Assembly (NCBI GenBank): GCA_038087875.1
Contig: CM075977.1
Span: 283,712,001-283,776,000 of the forward strand
Direction: 5' to 3'
DNA: 64,000 nucleotides
From: Malacoraja senta
Lineage: Eukaryota
The translations under genes and the position numbers were made by a program. The notes under the pieces were generated by a model, which was given only the letters and a program-made list of their open reading frames with translations, made no database searches and was not told the origin of the DNA. This document shows positions 38,043 through 50,399 of this stretch, one piece after another. The stretch's first letter is position 1; each line of letters opens with the position of its first letter.

Positions 38043-39366
38043 ACTGTGGTAAAGAGACCGGAGGAAGCGGCTGTGTGTGGTGGATGGCGAGGGAGAGCTG
38101 TTCCCATGGTGATGGCCCAATGCGATGTGGGCAGATGTTGACCAATGGCAGCTTCTGAATGACGGCATCTCCTCACAAGCCTTGGCACATCTAAGGCCAA
38201 CAGAAACCAAGTTTCACATGAGCATCCTCCAACCAATGCCGACTCTGCAAGTCAAGAACTCCGGCGGTGTGCTCCGGGAACAAGGGCCAGGTGGATGTCT
38301 AGCCGGTTGGCTGTGTCCCAAAGCCGCCGGGCCGCGCTCAGCTGCACAGCGGGCTTCCTCTGTGTAATAGTTTACCCGGGCATGGGGTTACGTGGGGCAG
38401 TGGGTTAATGGGCACAGGCCCATGCAGGGGTCTCATAGAGCCGTGGTGGGCATCACGTAGATCAAGATGGGCACTGCCCATCTACAGCCCATGGCAGGCC
38501 TCGGGCTGTCTTATGAAGACCAGTTAGCTGCAGCCTGACACTTAGCTGGTTTACTTGACGCATTTGCTGCCCACTCTGCCAGCCAGCACCCATGAATCAT
38601 GGAGTCCTACAGCACAGAAATAGGCCGTTCAGCCCAACTCATCCATGCTGACCAACATGCCCGCGTTTGGCCCATATCCCCTAAAGCTTTCCTATCCGAG
38701 CAGGTTGCCAAGAATCGTGGGCCTGACCTATCGAGGAAGATTGGGCAAGCTAGGGCTCTATTCCTTGGAACGCAGGAGGATGAGGGGTGACAATTAACAA
38801 ACGTTCAATCTTGAACCTGATAGAAGTGTGCAAACTCACGAGGGGAATAGATATTGGCTTTTACCCAGCGTACGGTAATCAAGAATCAGATGATATTGGT
38901 TGAAAGTGAGAGAGGAAAGATTTAATAGGGAAATGAGGGGCAACTTTTTCACACAGAGGGTGGTGGGTGTGTGGAACGAGCTGCCAGAGGAGGTAGTTGA
39001 GGAGATAGAATAACAACATTTAAAAGACAATCAGACAGGTACATGGACAGGACAGGTTTGGAGCGATACGGGCCAAACGCAGGCAGGTGGGACTAGTGTA
39101 GATGGGGCATGTTGGTCAGCATGGACGTGTTGGGTTAAATGGCCTGTTTCCAGCTGATGCTGGCTGGCAGAGTGGGTGACGGTGGGTCCTGGGCAGCTTA
39201 GATGGGCATGATGGTTGGCGTGGATGAGTTGGGCTGAAGGGCCTGTTTCCATGCCGGATGGCTCTATGGCTCTACCTATGTACCTTGAAATGAGGAGGAT
39301 GTTCTGCACTGGCCCAGCCTTGCCACACTACCCAGCTCAGTGCAGGGCAGTGCTATTGAGAATACG

Positions 39367-39851
39367 GAGGTGGGGCAGTCACACTGGGGAGGTGGGGCAG
39401 TGAGTGGGGCAGTCACACTGGGGAGGTGGGGCAGTGAGTGGGGCAGTCACACTGGGGAGGTGGGGCAGTGAGTGGGGCAGTCACACTGGGGAGGTGGGGC
39501 AGTGAGTGGGGCAGTCACACTGGGGAGGTGGGGCAGTGAGTGGGGCAGTCACACTGGGGAGGTGGGGCAGTGAGTGGGGCAGTCACACTGGGGAGGTGGG
39601 GCAGTGAGTGGGGCAGTCACACATGGGGAGGTGGGGCAGTGAGTGGGGCAGTCACACTGGGGAGGTGGGGCAGTCACACTGGGGAGGTGGGGCAGTGAGT
39701 GGGGCAGTCACACTGGGGAGGTGGGGCAGTGAGTGGGACAGTCACACTGGGGAGGTGGGGCAGTGAGTGGGGCAGTCACACTGGGGAGGTGGGGCAGTGA
39801 GTGGGGCGGTCACACTGGGGAGGTGGGGCAGTGAGTGGGGCAGTCACACTG
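39367..39851. repeat. 34-bp G-rich minisatellite, ~14 copies
   Basis: Unit gtcacactggggaggtggggcagtgagtggggca. Confidence 0.95.
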
Positions 39852-41197
39852 CTGCAAACGCAAGCCTCTGCTGCATCACTGCTGCAAAACGCAAGCCTGT
39901 GCTGCATCACTGCTGCCATCAGTATTCTCACCACATCTCAGGCACAAAGTGCAAACACTGCACATCTCCGCAGACAACACCAAACGCGATTGCACTAACC
40001 CACAGATTTAGCAGCACAGCAGTAACCAGCTATTTCACACTGGCTGAGCCATAAGTTAAACATGACTGACGATGAGTGCGTGTGAATTTACAGGCCGGAT
40101 GGAACTAAACCACTTCATCAGTTAGCAAAGAGCAAAACAAATTGACAAGGTTATTTTTGTTGCATTTGATATTTCTGCAGAGGAGAAGTCACAGAATCAG
40201 AGTCACACAGCACAGAAACAGGCCCATCCGCCCAACCCGCCATGCTAACCAAGATGCCCCATCTAAACTATTCCCACTTGCCCACGTTTAACCCACAAAC
40301 CTAATCCTCTAAACCTTGTCTATCCATCTACCTGTCCAAATGTCTTTTAAATATTGTTATAGTCCCTGACTCAACAACTGTACCTCCTCTGTCAGCTCGT
40401 TCCATACACCCACAACCCTCTGTGCGAAAAAGTCACTTCTCAGATTCCTATTAAATCTTTCTTCTCTTACCGTAAACCTATGTCCCCTGCTTCCTGACTC
40501 TGAGGACTCTGTGCATAAGAAGGGGGTGGGGCAGAGCCTGGCGAGTGATAGGTGGATACATGTTAGGGGGTGGATACATGTTAGGAGGTCAGTACCCATC
40601 ATGGGTACTGACCTCCCCACCATCGAAGGTCCATCACAGTACAGAAAGAGATAGACACAAAATGCTGGAGTAACTCAGCGGGACAGGCAGCATCTCTGGA
40701 GAGAAGGAAAGGGTGACCTTCAGACTGACCACCCCTCCTTCGAAGGAATCTGCAGGAGACAGCCTGCATCCTCAAAGACCCACACCACTTTGGCCACGCT
40801 CTCATATCGCTGCTACCATCAGGAAGGTGTGACAGGATCCTGAAAATCATGACCTCCCTCACAATATATCAGCAACGAACTACAGTGGGCTTTGTACAGG
40901 CTGCACTCTAGGCATATGTTTTGTACTATTATGGTCTGGTGGCAGTGGGGGGATGGGGGAGGGGGGAGCTGAAAAAGAGATGTGGCGGTGGGACAAATCC
41001 AGCTTTCTCCCCAATACTCCAGTCCATCTGAAGAAGAGTCCCGACCCAAAACGTTGCTAGTCCATTCCCTCCACAGGTGCTGCCTATCCTGCTGAGTTCC
41101 TCCAGCACTTGAGGCAGTCAATGGAAGTGTGTTGAGAGCAGTCAGTATTACGGTGGAAGCGGTGCAGGAGGTCCTGACTTATATGTAGAAACACAAA

Positions 41198-41725
41198 TGT
41201 GTTCAGTTCTGTGTGCCTTGTTACAGGATAGATATTGTCAAGCTGGAAAAGGTGCAGGGAAGATTTACGAGGATATTGCCAGGACTAGAGGGTCTGAGCT
41301 ACAGTGAGAGGTTGAGCAGGCTGGGACTCTATTGCTTGAAGCGCAGGAGGCTGAGTGGTGAACTTATAGATGTGTACAAAATCATGAGAGGAATAGATCG
41401 GGTAGACGCACAGAGTCTTTTGCCCAGAGTAGGGGAATCGAGAACCAGGGGACATAGGTTTGTGAAGGAGGAAAGATGTAATAGGAATCCGAGGGGTCAC
41501 TTTTTCACACAAAGGATGGTGGGTGTATGGAACAAGCTGACGGAGGAGGTGGTTGAGGCTGGGACTATCCCAAAGTTTAAGAAACATTTAGACAGGTACA
41601 TGGATAGGACAGGTTTGGAGGGATATGGGCCATATGCAGGCAGTTGGGACTAGTGTAGATGGGGTATGTTGGCCGGTGTGGGCAAGTTGGACCGAAGGGC
41701 CTGTTTCCACACTGTATCACTATGA
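41198..41725 (+). mobile_element. CR1 LINE 3' fragment
   Basis: ORF 41213-41653 matches the CR1 ORF2 C-terminus. Confidence 0.88.
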
Positions 41726-42499
41726 CATATCGTGTTTTGTTTTAGCTTCTTGCATCTGCAGTTCCTTGTGTCTTCAGTAGTAATATATCTGATGGTGAGT
41801 GGTGCTGGGACAGGAAGAAATGTAAATCACAGGCACTTTTAATTATAGAGTCATACAGTGATACATTGTGGAATCAGGCCTTTCAGCCCAAAGTGCCCAC
41901 ACTGATCAACATGCCCCATTTACACTAGTCCCACCTGCCTGCATTTGGCCCATATACCTCCAAACCTGTCCTATCCATGTACCTGTCCTAATGTCTGTTA
42001 AACGTTGTGACTGTACCTGCCCTCAACTACCTCCTCCGCCAGTTTGTTCTATACATCCACCACCCAGTTAAACTGCACCTGACGACACATTGACCATGTA
42101 TAGGACATAGCACAGTGGCTAACACTGAAAGAGTATAGAGACACAAGGATTGCAGATGCTGGAATGTGGAGTTAAAAACAAATTGCTGCAGAAACTCAGA
42201 AGGTAAGGCAGCATCAGTGGGGGAAAGAAATGATTGATATTTCAGGTCGTCCAGCATCAGAGAATGCTAAGAAATGTCAAATAATTCATGCAGGTTGCAA
42301 TAAATAAACATCCCGTTTAAATGGGAAATGGTCCAACCATCATTAACTGGAGCAACTAACAATAGTATGCGATCAATGCAAAGCCTAACAACGCCGCTGG
42401 GAGACAGAAAGAGGGCCAAGGTATTGATGGGAGAGGGTGAAGGCTGTAGGAAATGAGCCAGCAAAAGCACAACAGCAGACTTACACACAACACTCACAC

Positions 42500-43020
42500 A
42501 GCACCAAACGTAGACTGGCCGATCGTTTCGCTGAACACCTCTGCTCAGTTCGCCTAAACCGACCTGATGTCCCGGTTGCCAAACACTTCAACTCCCCCTC
42601 TGTAGATTGGTTATTTCCTACTAACCAATTGTAGTGCTTGTTAGTAGTTGCTCCGCCTAATATGCAATTTATATTACCAAGATCTTGCTTACGTAATTCA
42701 GTCTGAGTAGATGCTAGTTACTGTAATGTCCTGCAGACCAACGCTGTAAGTGGACTTTCATAAATATGTGTTATATTTTGATGTGTGTACAACTCGAATC
42801 ATTACACCCTCCCATTCCCACACTGACCTTTCTGTCCTGGGCCTCCTCCACTGTCAGAGTGAGGCCCAGCGCAAATTGGAGGAACAGAACCTCATATTTC
42901 ACTTGTGCAGCTTACAACCCAGCGGTATGAACATTGACTTCTCCAACTTCAAGTAACCCTTGTTTTCCCCCTCTCTCCATCTCCTCCCTCACCGTTATTG
43001 TACCAGCTTCAAAGTCGTTT
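42500..43020 (+). mobile_element. Penelope-like GIY-YIG fragment, interrupted at ~42600-42806
   Basis: TKRRLADRFAEHL and SHSHTDLSVLGL motifs. Confidence 0.7.
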
Positions 43021-44079
43021 TGTTGGACGGTAACATCGGGAGCTGACCTGGTTGGTGACCGACTCCGAACTCCAGCAACCTCGTCCGCCCTGAATCGTGG
43101 GGCTTGAATCGGCAAGTTCGCTGGGCCTTTGATCGCCCGGCAGGGGCTTCAACATCGGGAGCCTCGATCGCCTCGATGCAGCAGTTTGATTTGGGCCAAT
43201 TCAGCCCTTAGAAAGCGTCTGATAAAGTCTGGATTCCAAAACATGGGGGGGGGGGGGGGGGGGGGGGGTGGTCCCCCCCCGCTCAAAGCAGGAGGGGGTT
43301 TATAAGCTTAAGCAAGACATAAATAGTTAGGTCGTCAAAATCTTTTTACAACAGTTGAAGTCTCAAAATCAAAAAGGCAAAGGTTTAAGGTGAGAGGCAG
43401 GAGTTTGAAAAGGGATCTTAGGGGTTGGTTTTCACACAGAAAGTGTTGATACTCGGCTGTCAGAGGTGGTGGTGGAATCTGATAAATCCCTACGTTAAAG
43501 AGACGTTTACAATTGGCAAGGCGCAGATAGAGACAGTGCTGATGTGGGTAAGAAGGTCAGCATGGATACGATGGGCCAAAGGGCCTGTTTCTGTGCTGGA
43601 TGATTCTATCATTCTTGATTGAGTCATCCAGCTGGAAGATAGTCATGAACGATCATGATAAAATTCACACATATATTCCACTAATATTGTGCCTTCGTTT
43701 TGGAGTTTGAAGGATATATTTTGAGCATAATGAGATAATCTGAAGGTTTCTTGACAGGGAAAAAGCAGATGGTTTAAGTTGAAGTGTGATTAGCATGGAC
43801 TGTTCTCCTGTGTTATATCACAACCTGCTTTAGGAATAGAAGGCAGCTTCACAATTGTCAGCACTCTTGCCTGAGGTGCCTCTATCAATTAAAAATGAAC
43901 CCAGGTCTGTGCAGCAAGATGGAAGAAATGAGTGTTATTGGAAAATGATAAGGGCTCTAGTTTCCTGAAGGTTTTGTACCAGCCATTTCCAGGAACAGAC
44001 ACCATATCTGAAGGGGCTGCTCCTCAAGTGCTGATTTGCATTTTAGACCCACGATCCTGGTGTTTGGACACGGCAGGGA

Positions 44080-44300
44080 GTGGGGAGGGTCGATCGGGAG
44101 GATGTGATCTCCCTGTTGGTCTGCTCCTAGGCCTGGCCAAGAAGGCCATTGGCGGGTCCAGGCAGCGGGTAGTCGATGGTCACACCAGAGTCGGCTGCCT
44201 GCCTCTCTTCCGGGGCTACGTCCATGCCTGCGTTGTTCCTGGAAGGCCTTCCGTGAATGCTGGTCGCCGCGGGAGGTCGAGTGCGTTGTAGATAAAGATT
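44080..44300 (+). mobile_element. L1/Tx1-like LINE ORF2 C-terminal fragment
   Basis: VGLLLGLAKKAI...CLPLFRGYV; a related copy lies at 46170-46600. Confidence 0.55.
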
Positions 44301-44786
44301 GCACCATTGTACTATAATGATTGCCTGAAGCACTGTGACATTTGAACGGCTTTGTATCTTCTGGTACACTGTAATATGCAATTATTTAATTAAATCCTTG
44401 GAAGGGTAAAATATAAATAAATAAATAGTTATTGATCTGCATGTGTGGGCCTTAATGCTGGAAAACTACCTGCTCAGTGACGGCACCAGAAAATAGTAAA
44501 TTATACATAACCGAGGAACAGTTTGTGAAAGTGATTAGTCCTGCAATTTGTGTCTTCATTGTGAAGTGCAGGTTGTAGCCCAAAGCACTTGATGGTGCCT
44601 CTCCACACAGCGGAGGGAGCCTGTTCCACCATCACCTTGTGCTGAGAAGCAGTGAATCTGTGTCAGCTCCAACAGTGAGAAGCCTCCACTCACAATGCCC
44701 CGTGCCCACAGCTACAGCCCCTACACCAGTCCCCACTCACAATGCAACGTACCCACAGCTACAACTACACCAGCACCCACTCACAA

Positions 44787-45203
44787 TAGACAATAGACAA
44801 TATGTGCAGGAGTAGGCCATTCGGCCCTTCGAGCCAGCACCACCATTCAATGTGATCATGGCTGATCATCCCCAATCAGTACCCCGTTCCTGCCTTCTCC
44901 CCATATCCCCTGACTTCACTATCTTCAAGAGCCCTATTTAGCTCTCTCTGGAAAGTATCCAGAGAACCGGCCTCCCACGCCCTCTGAGGCAGAGAATTCC
45001 ACAGACTCACAACTCTCTGTGTGAAAAAGTGTTTCCTCATCTCCGTTCTAAATGGCTTACCCCTTATTCTTAAACTGTGGCCCTTGGTTCTGGACTCCCC
45101 CAACATCGGGAACATGTTTCCTGCCTCTAGCGTGTCCAAACCCTTAACAATCTTATATTTCAATAAGATTCCCTCTCATCCTTCTAAACTCCAGAGTATA
45201 CAA
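44787..45203 (-). mobile_element. CR1 LINE 3' fragment inserted in a short tandem repeat
   Basis: (caataga)n tail; the flanking caatgc..gtacccacagctaca repeat occurs on both sides. Confidence 0.85.
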
Positions 45204-46169
45204 GCAATGCAATGCCCTGTACCCACAGCTACATCCCCCTACCCAGCCCAGACGCACAATGTGGGCCGTAAGGCCTGTTCTGGTTCTGTTTTGTTCTATG
45301 AATCTCTTCTGCACTCAGTGCTCCAGGCGTGGTCTCATCAACAACTTGTACAGCTGGAGCATCGACATTTTCTCCTGCTCTTTAGTATCAAATGTACGAA
45401 CAAATGTGGATGAAACTCTCCTGAACAATATGGTACTAACAGCAACCTTGTCCTCACTTTCCTCTCCAGTTTGTGCTCTGGGGAATTCAGTCACATGAGC
45501 TTCACGAGCAGTACATTGTGCACTGGCATTTTGTGCCTGATTTTCAAACTGCATATTCTGAATATACCCAGCGGCAGAATTCTCCCAATGCAGGCTGGCC
45601 TGTCAGCATGGGCACCGAGTGCCAGATGCTTCATGTTGTGCAGAGATGGCAAGGCAAAGCAGGCTTGCTTTTGTTGCCAGCTTGTTACACGACTGCATCT
45701 GGGCTTCATTCTTCAATCATTAACTCATCCATCACATCAAACCTACGGGTCGGCAAGGGAGAGCGACCTAAAGTCTCTGAGATAAATTAAACATGAAACT
45801 ATTATTATAAGGAATGTGTGTGTACAACAAGTCCCTTCTTTGGTCTCACAGATTCCTCTGCCTCCACCTCCCATGTAAAATACATTTAGACAGGTACATG
45901 GAAATGACAGCTTTAGAGCGATATGGGCCAAACGTGGACAGGTGGGACTAGTGTATCTAGTGAGACTACACACTGCCTGTAGGTGTGGACACACTGCCTG
46001 TAGGTGTGAGTTGCATTGGTAGAGAGGTAGTGTGGACATGATGGGTGAATCTTCTCCTTCTGGGCTCTGACTATTCTGTAGGTAATCCCAGGCTGATGAT
46101 GAATGAACTGCACGAGCCTTGGTGTGGTATCGATGGTCCATAGGTCAGGCACTGCACTTGTTCCACTTA

Positions 46170-46600
46170 CACCCCAATACCCTTGCCTTCTGGCTGTACT
46201 TCACACCCATGATCCTCATCTTTGGCCACCCTGTGCGTAGGGAAGAGGGTAGGGCCGAAGATGTCCTGGTTGGGTTGCTCCTGGGCCTGGCCAAGCTGGC
46301 CATCCGTGAGTCACGGCGCCAGGCAGAAGAGGGCTCTGCCCGAGCCGACTGCCCACCACTTTTCCAGGGTTACGTCCGTGCTCGGGTGGTGTTAGAGAGG
46401 GATTACGCCCTGTCCGCTGGGCATTGCGGGGAGTGGAATACATCCTTGACAAGGAGAGTAACATAGCTGTTTAATACTCAGTATAATTGATATTTTAAAA
46501 TATTTGTTTTACTTTGAACTATGGTGGTGGGTTTGCTCTTATTGTTTATAGTATTCTTGTATTAATTCATTACATTTATTTTTGGTTGAAAAAAAAAATC
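46170..46600 (+). mobile_element. L1/Tx1-like LINE 3' end with poly(A)
   Basis: VGLLLGLAKLAIRESRR...FQGYVRARV, then an AT-rich UTR and an A-tract at ~46589. Confidence 0.55.
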
Positions 46601-46897
46601 CCAGCAGGCTGCCTGATCCTTGTCTGTAATGAGTGGTAGAGCCAGCAGCTTCAGCGGTCCACATTACTGGAGCTGTTTGAATTGATTAGCTACAACTGCC
46701 TTGGTTATTATTCAGAGCTGACCCAGCATCCTCCTCGCAAGTACAATCAGTAGAATCCTTAGTCTGGGGCTGCCGACTAAGATCAGTGTCTCCTGCACAC
46801 CATCTGATTTATGGTGAGAGGCGGTGAGTGAGATCACTTCACCGCCGTTCAATCATCTCCTTCATCGATACCTTCCTATGTTTCCTCTTGATGAACA

Positions 46898-47171
46898 GTT
46901 TAGTTTAGTTTAGAGATGCAGCGCGGAAACAAGCCCTTCAGCCCACCGAGTCTGCGCCAACCAGCGATCCTCGAACATTAGCACTATCCTACTCGGGACA
47001 ATTTACAATTTACAGAAAGCAATTAACCTACAAACCCGCACGTCTTTGGAGTGTAGGAGGAAACCGGAACACCCGGGGAGAACGTACAAAATCCATACAG
47101 ACAGTGCCTGTATGGAGTTTTGGAACCAGGTTTCTGGCGCTGTGAGGCAGCAACTCTACCGCTGCGCCACC
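46898..47171 (-). mobile_element. tRNA-derived SINE
   Basis: (tttag)n tail, same family. Confidence 0.8.
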
Positions 47172-47251
47172 TAGTCTGATGCAAGGACCATTCTTGGAAT
47201 TACACTCACCGCGTCAACCCCTGGCACCTCTGTCAGCATTACAACATGTTG

Positions 47252-47495
47252 AGTATGAAGAAGATCCCCGACCGGAAACGTCACCTATCCATGTTCTCCA
47301 CAGATGCTGCTTGAGCCGCTGAGTTACTCCAGCACTCTGCATCCATGTTCTCCAGAGATGCTGCCTGACCCGCTGAGTTACTCCAGCACTCTGCGTCCAT
47401 GTTCTCCAGAGATGCTGCCTGACCCGCTGAGTTACTCCAGCACTCTGTGTCCATGTTCTCCACAGATGCTGCCTGACCCACTGAGTTACTGCAGC
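47252..47495 (+). repeat. Degenerate hammerhead core followed by 54-bp tandem repeats, ~3.7 copies
   Basis: gaagaagatccccgaccggaaacgtc followed by the 54-bp unit. Confidence 0.8.
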
Positions 47496-47796
47496 TTTTT
47501 GTCTGTCTCTGAGCTGGGCGTTTGTGTACCCGCTGTGACATTCCCTCAGCCCACATGGGCAATGGCACTCTCATGCCCCTGGCACTCGGCCGTGACCACG
47601 GGGGATGGCACAGCTGGCTTTATACTTTAGAGATACAGCATGGAAACAGGCCCTTCGGCCCACCGAGTCCACGCCGACCAGTGATCACCCCATACACTAG
47701 CACTATCCGACACACTTTACACTAAAGATACAGCACGGAAGCAGGCCCTTTGGCCCACTGAATCTGTGCCCACCAGTGATCCTGTTCATGCTCTGT

Positions 47797-49724
47797 GGTA
47801 GACAAAAATGCTGGAGAAACTCAGCGGGTGAGGCAGCATCTATGGAGCAAAGGAATGGGTGATGTTTCAGGTCGAGACCCTTCTTCAGACTGATGTGGGG
47901 AGGGGGGGGGGGTGTCGGGAAGAAGAAAGGAAGAGGCGGAGACAGTAGGTTGTGGGAGAGCTGGGAAGGGGAGGGGAAGGAGGGTGAAAGCAAGGACTAC
48001 CTGAAATTGGAGAAGTCAATTTTCATACCGCTGGGGTGTAAACTACCCAAGCGAAATAAGAGGTGCTGCAATTTGCAGTGGGACTCACTCTGGCAATGGC
48101 GGAGGCCCAGGACAGAAAGGTTGGATTCGGAATGGGATGGGGAGTTGAAGTGCTGAGCAACCCGGTAGGTTATTGCGAACCGAGCGGAGGTGCTGGGCGA
48201 AGCGATCGCCAAGCCTGCGCTTGATCTCACCAATGTAGAGCAGCTGACACCTAGAGTATCGGATGCAATCGTTGAGGTTGGAGGTGGTGCAGGTGAACCT
48301 CTGCCTCACCTGGAAAGACTGCTTGGGTCCTTAGATGGAGTCAAGGGGGGAGGTAAAACGACAAGTGTAGCTTTTCCTGTGGTTGCAAGGGAAAGTACCA
48401 GGGGAGGGGTTGGTTTGGGTGGGAAGGGAAGGGACTAATTGACTAGGGAGTTACGGAGTGAGCGGTCTCTGTGGAAAGCCGAAAGGGGAGGAGATGGAAA
48501 GATGTGGCCAGTGGTGGGATCCCGTTGGAGGTGGTGAAAATGTCAGAGGATTATCTGTTGTAGGTGACGGCTGGTAGGGTGGAAGGTGAGGACAAGGGGG
48601 ACTCTGTCCTTGTTACGAGTGGGGAATGGGAAGTGGGAAAGGAGCTACGGGGTATAGAAAAGACCCTAGTGAGAACCTCATCTATAGTCGAAGAGGGAAC
48701 CCCCGTTCCCTAAAGAATGAGGACATCTCCGATGCCCTGGTGTGGAACACTTCATCCTGGGTGCAGATGGCGGCGTAGACGGAGGAATTGGGATTAGGGA
48801 ATGGAGTCCTTACAGGAAGCAGGGTGGGAAGAAGTGTAGTCTAGATAGCCATTGGAGTCAGTGGGTTTATAGTGGATGTCGGTCAGCAGTCTATCCCCTG
48901 CGATGGAGATAGTGAGGTCAAGAAATGGTAGGGAAATGTTGGAAATGGTCCAGGTGAATTTGAGTGCCGGATGGAAGTTAGTGGTGAAATGGATGAAGTC
49001 AGTGAGTTCTGCATGGGTGCGGGAAGTAGCACCAATGCAGTTGTCAATGTAGCGGAGGTAGAGACCACCCCCTCTCCTGGCACTTTCCCATGCAACTGCA
49101 GGAAATGCTACACTTGTCGCTTTACCTCCCCCTTGACTCTATTCAAGGACCCAAGCAGTCTTTCCAGGCATGGCAGAGGTTCACCTGCACCTCCTCCAAC
49201 CCTCAACGATTGCATCCGATGCTCTAGGTGTCAGCTGCTCTACATCGGTGAGACCAAGTATAGGCTTGGCGATCGCTTTGCCCAACACCTCCGCACAGTT
49301 CATTAACCAACCTGATCTCCTGGTGGCTCAGCACTTCAACTCCCCCTCCCATTCCGAATCCAACCTTTCTGTCCTGGGCCTCCTCCATGGCCAGAGTGTC
49401 CCACTGCAAATTGGAGGAGCAGCACCTCATATTTTGCTTGGGTGGTTTACACCCCAGTGGTATGAACATTGACTTTTCCAATTTCAGGTAGTCCTTGCTT
49501 TCTCTCTCCTTCCCCTCCCCTTCCCAGCTCTCCCACAGCCTACTGTCTCCGCCTCTTCATTTCTTCTTCCCGCCCCCCCCCACCCCCACATCAGTCTGAA
49601 GAAGGGTCTCGACCCGAAACGTCGCCTATTTCCTTCGCTCCATAGATGCTGCCTCACCCGCTGAGATTCTCCAGCATTTTTGTCTACCTTTGATTTTTCC
49701 AGCATCTGCAGTTCCTTCTTAAAC
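47797..49724. mobile_element. Penelope-like element with inverted duplication (minus-strand body ~47797-49058, plus-strand inverted arm ~49063-49724)
   Basis: GIY-YIG motif C..CQLLYIGE.K.RLGDRFAQHL on both strands; terminal repeats at both outer ends; intact hammerhead core at 49596-49623. Confidence 0.85.
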
Positions 49725-49940
49725 TGTTCATGCTATGTGTTCTCGAGTGCACTCTGTGAAAGCTGCACTATCTGTAAGATGCACTGCCGGGCTGCAGCCT
49801 GGTCATGAGGAAGGGGACACAACCAAACCCTTTCACAACGTCATTCCTACAAACTGTCCGCCCAGAATTAGCAAATGTACAACTCATTGCTTTACCTGAA
49901 CCTGCTGCTGATCTGTTGTTCCCAACTCCCCCAGCACCCC

Positions 49941-50200
49941 GTCCCCCACTGCTTGTGTCCAGTGTCACCCTGTCCCCACTGCCTGTGTCCAATGTCACCC
50001 TGTCCCCACTGCCTGTGTCCAGTGTCACCCTGTCCCCCATGGCCTGTGTCCCCGGTGTCACCCTGTCTCTGGCGCCTGTGTCCAGTGTCACCCTGTCCCT
50101 ACTGCCTGTGACCAGTGTCACCCTGTCCCCCATGGCCTGTGTCCCTGGTGTCACCCTGTCTCCGGTGCCTGTGTCACCCTGTCCCCACTGCCTGTGTTCC
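49941..50200. repeat. 30-bp minisatellite
   Basis: Unit gtgtcaccctgtccccactgcctgtgtcca. Confidence 0.9.
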
Positions 50201-50285
50201 TGGTGTCACCGTTCCCACCGTGTGTGTCTCCGGTGCCTGTCTCCAGTGTCCCCGCTGATACCGTACCTGCCCGGTGCTCACTCAC

Positions 50286-50316
50286 CTCCCAGAGCCTGCT
50301 TCATAACAAAGTCCAT
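50286..50316 (-). CDS. CPLX1: Complexin-1, first coding exon (MDFVMKQALG-G, 31 nt)
   Basis: Kozak-like aaccATGG, canonical complexin N-terminus, and a G|gtgagt donor at 50285. The 31-nt phase-1 coding part matches the known CPLX1/2 gene structure. Confidence 0.93.
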
Positions 50317-50399
50317 GGTTTCTTCTGGTGATTATTTCTGCCTTCGATTGAGGTTGTCTCATGAATGTTACACAGAAATGGTTCTTCAAAGGCAGCAAC
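50317..50399 (-). other. CPLX1: CPLX1 5'UTR part of the start-codon exon
   Basis: Acceptor ttttgtgcctttctgcag on the minus strand, with AG at 50401-50400. This implies an upstream non-coding exon that was not located. Confidence 0.6.

Noticed and set aside
39367-39851. CRISPR-like appearance of the 34-, 41- and 54-bp repeats
   Set aside because: No unique spacers, no cas genes, and the context is a vertebrate genome.
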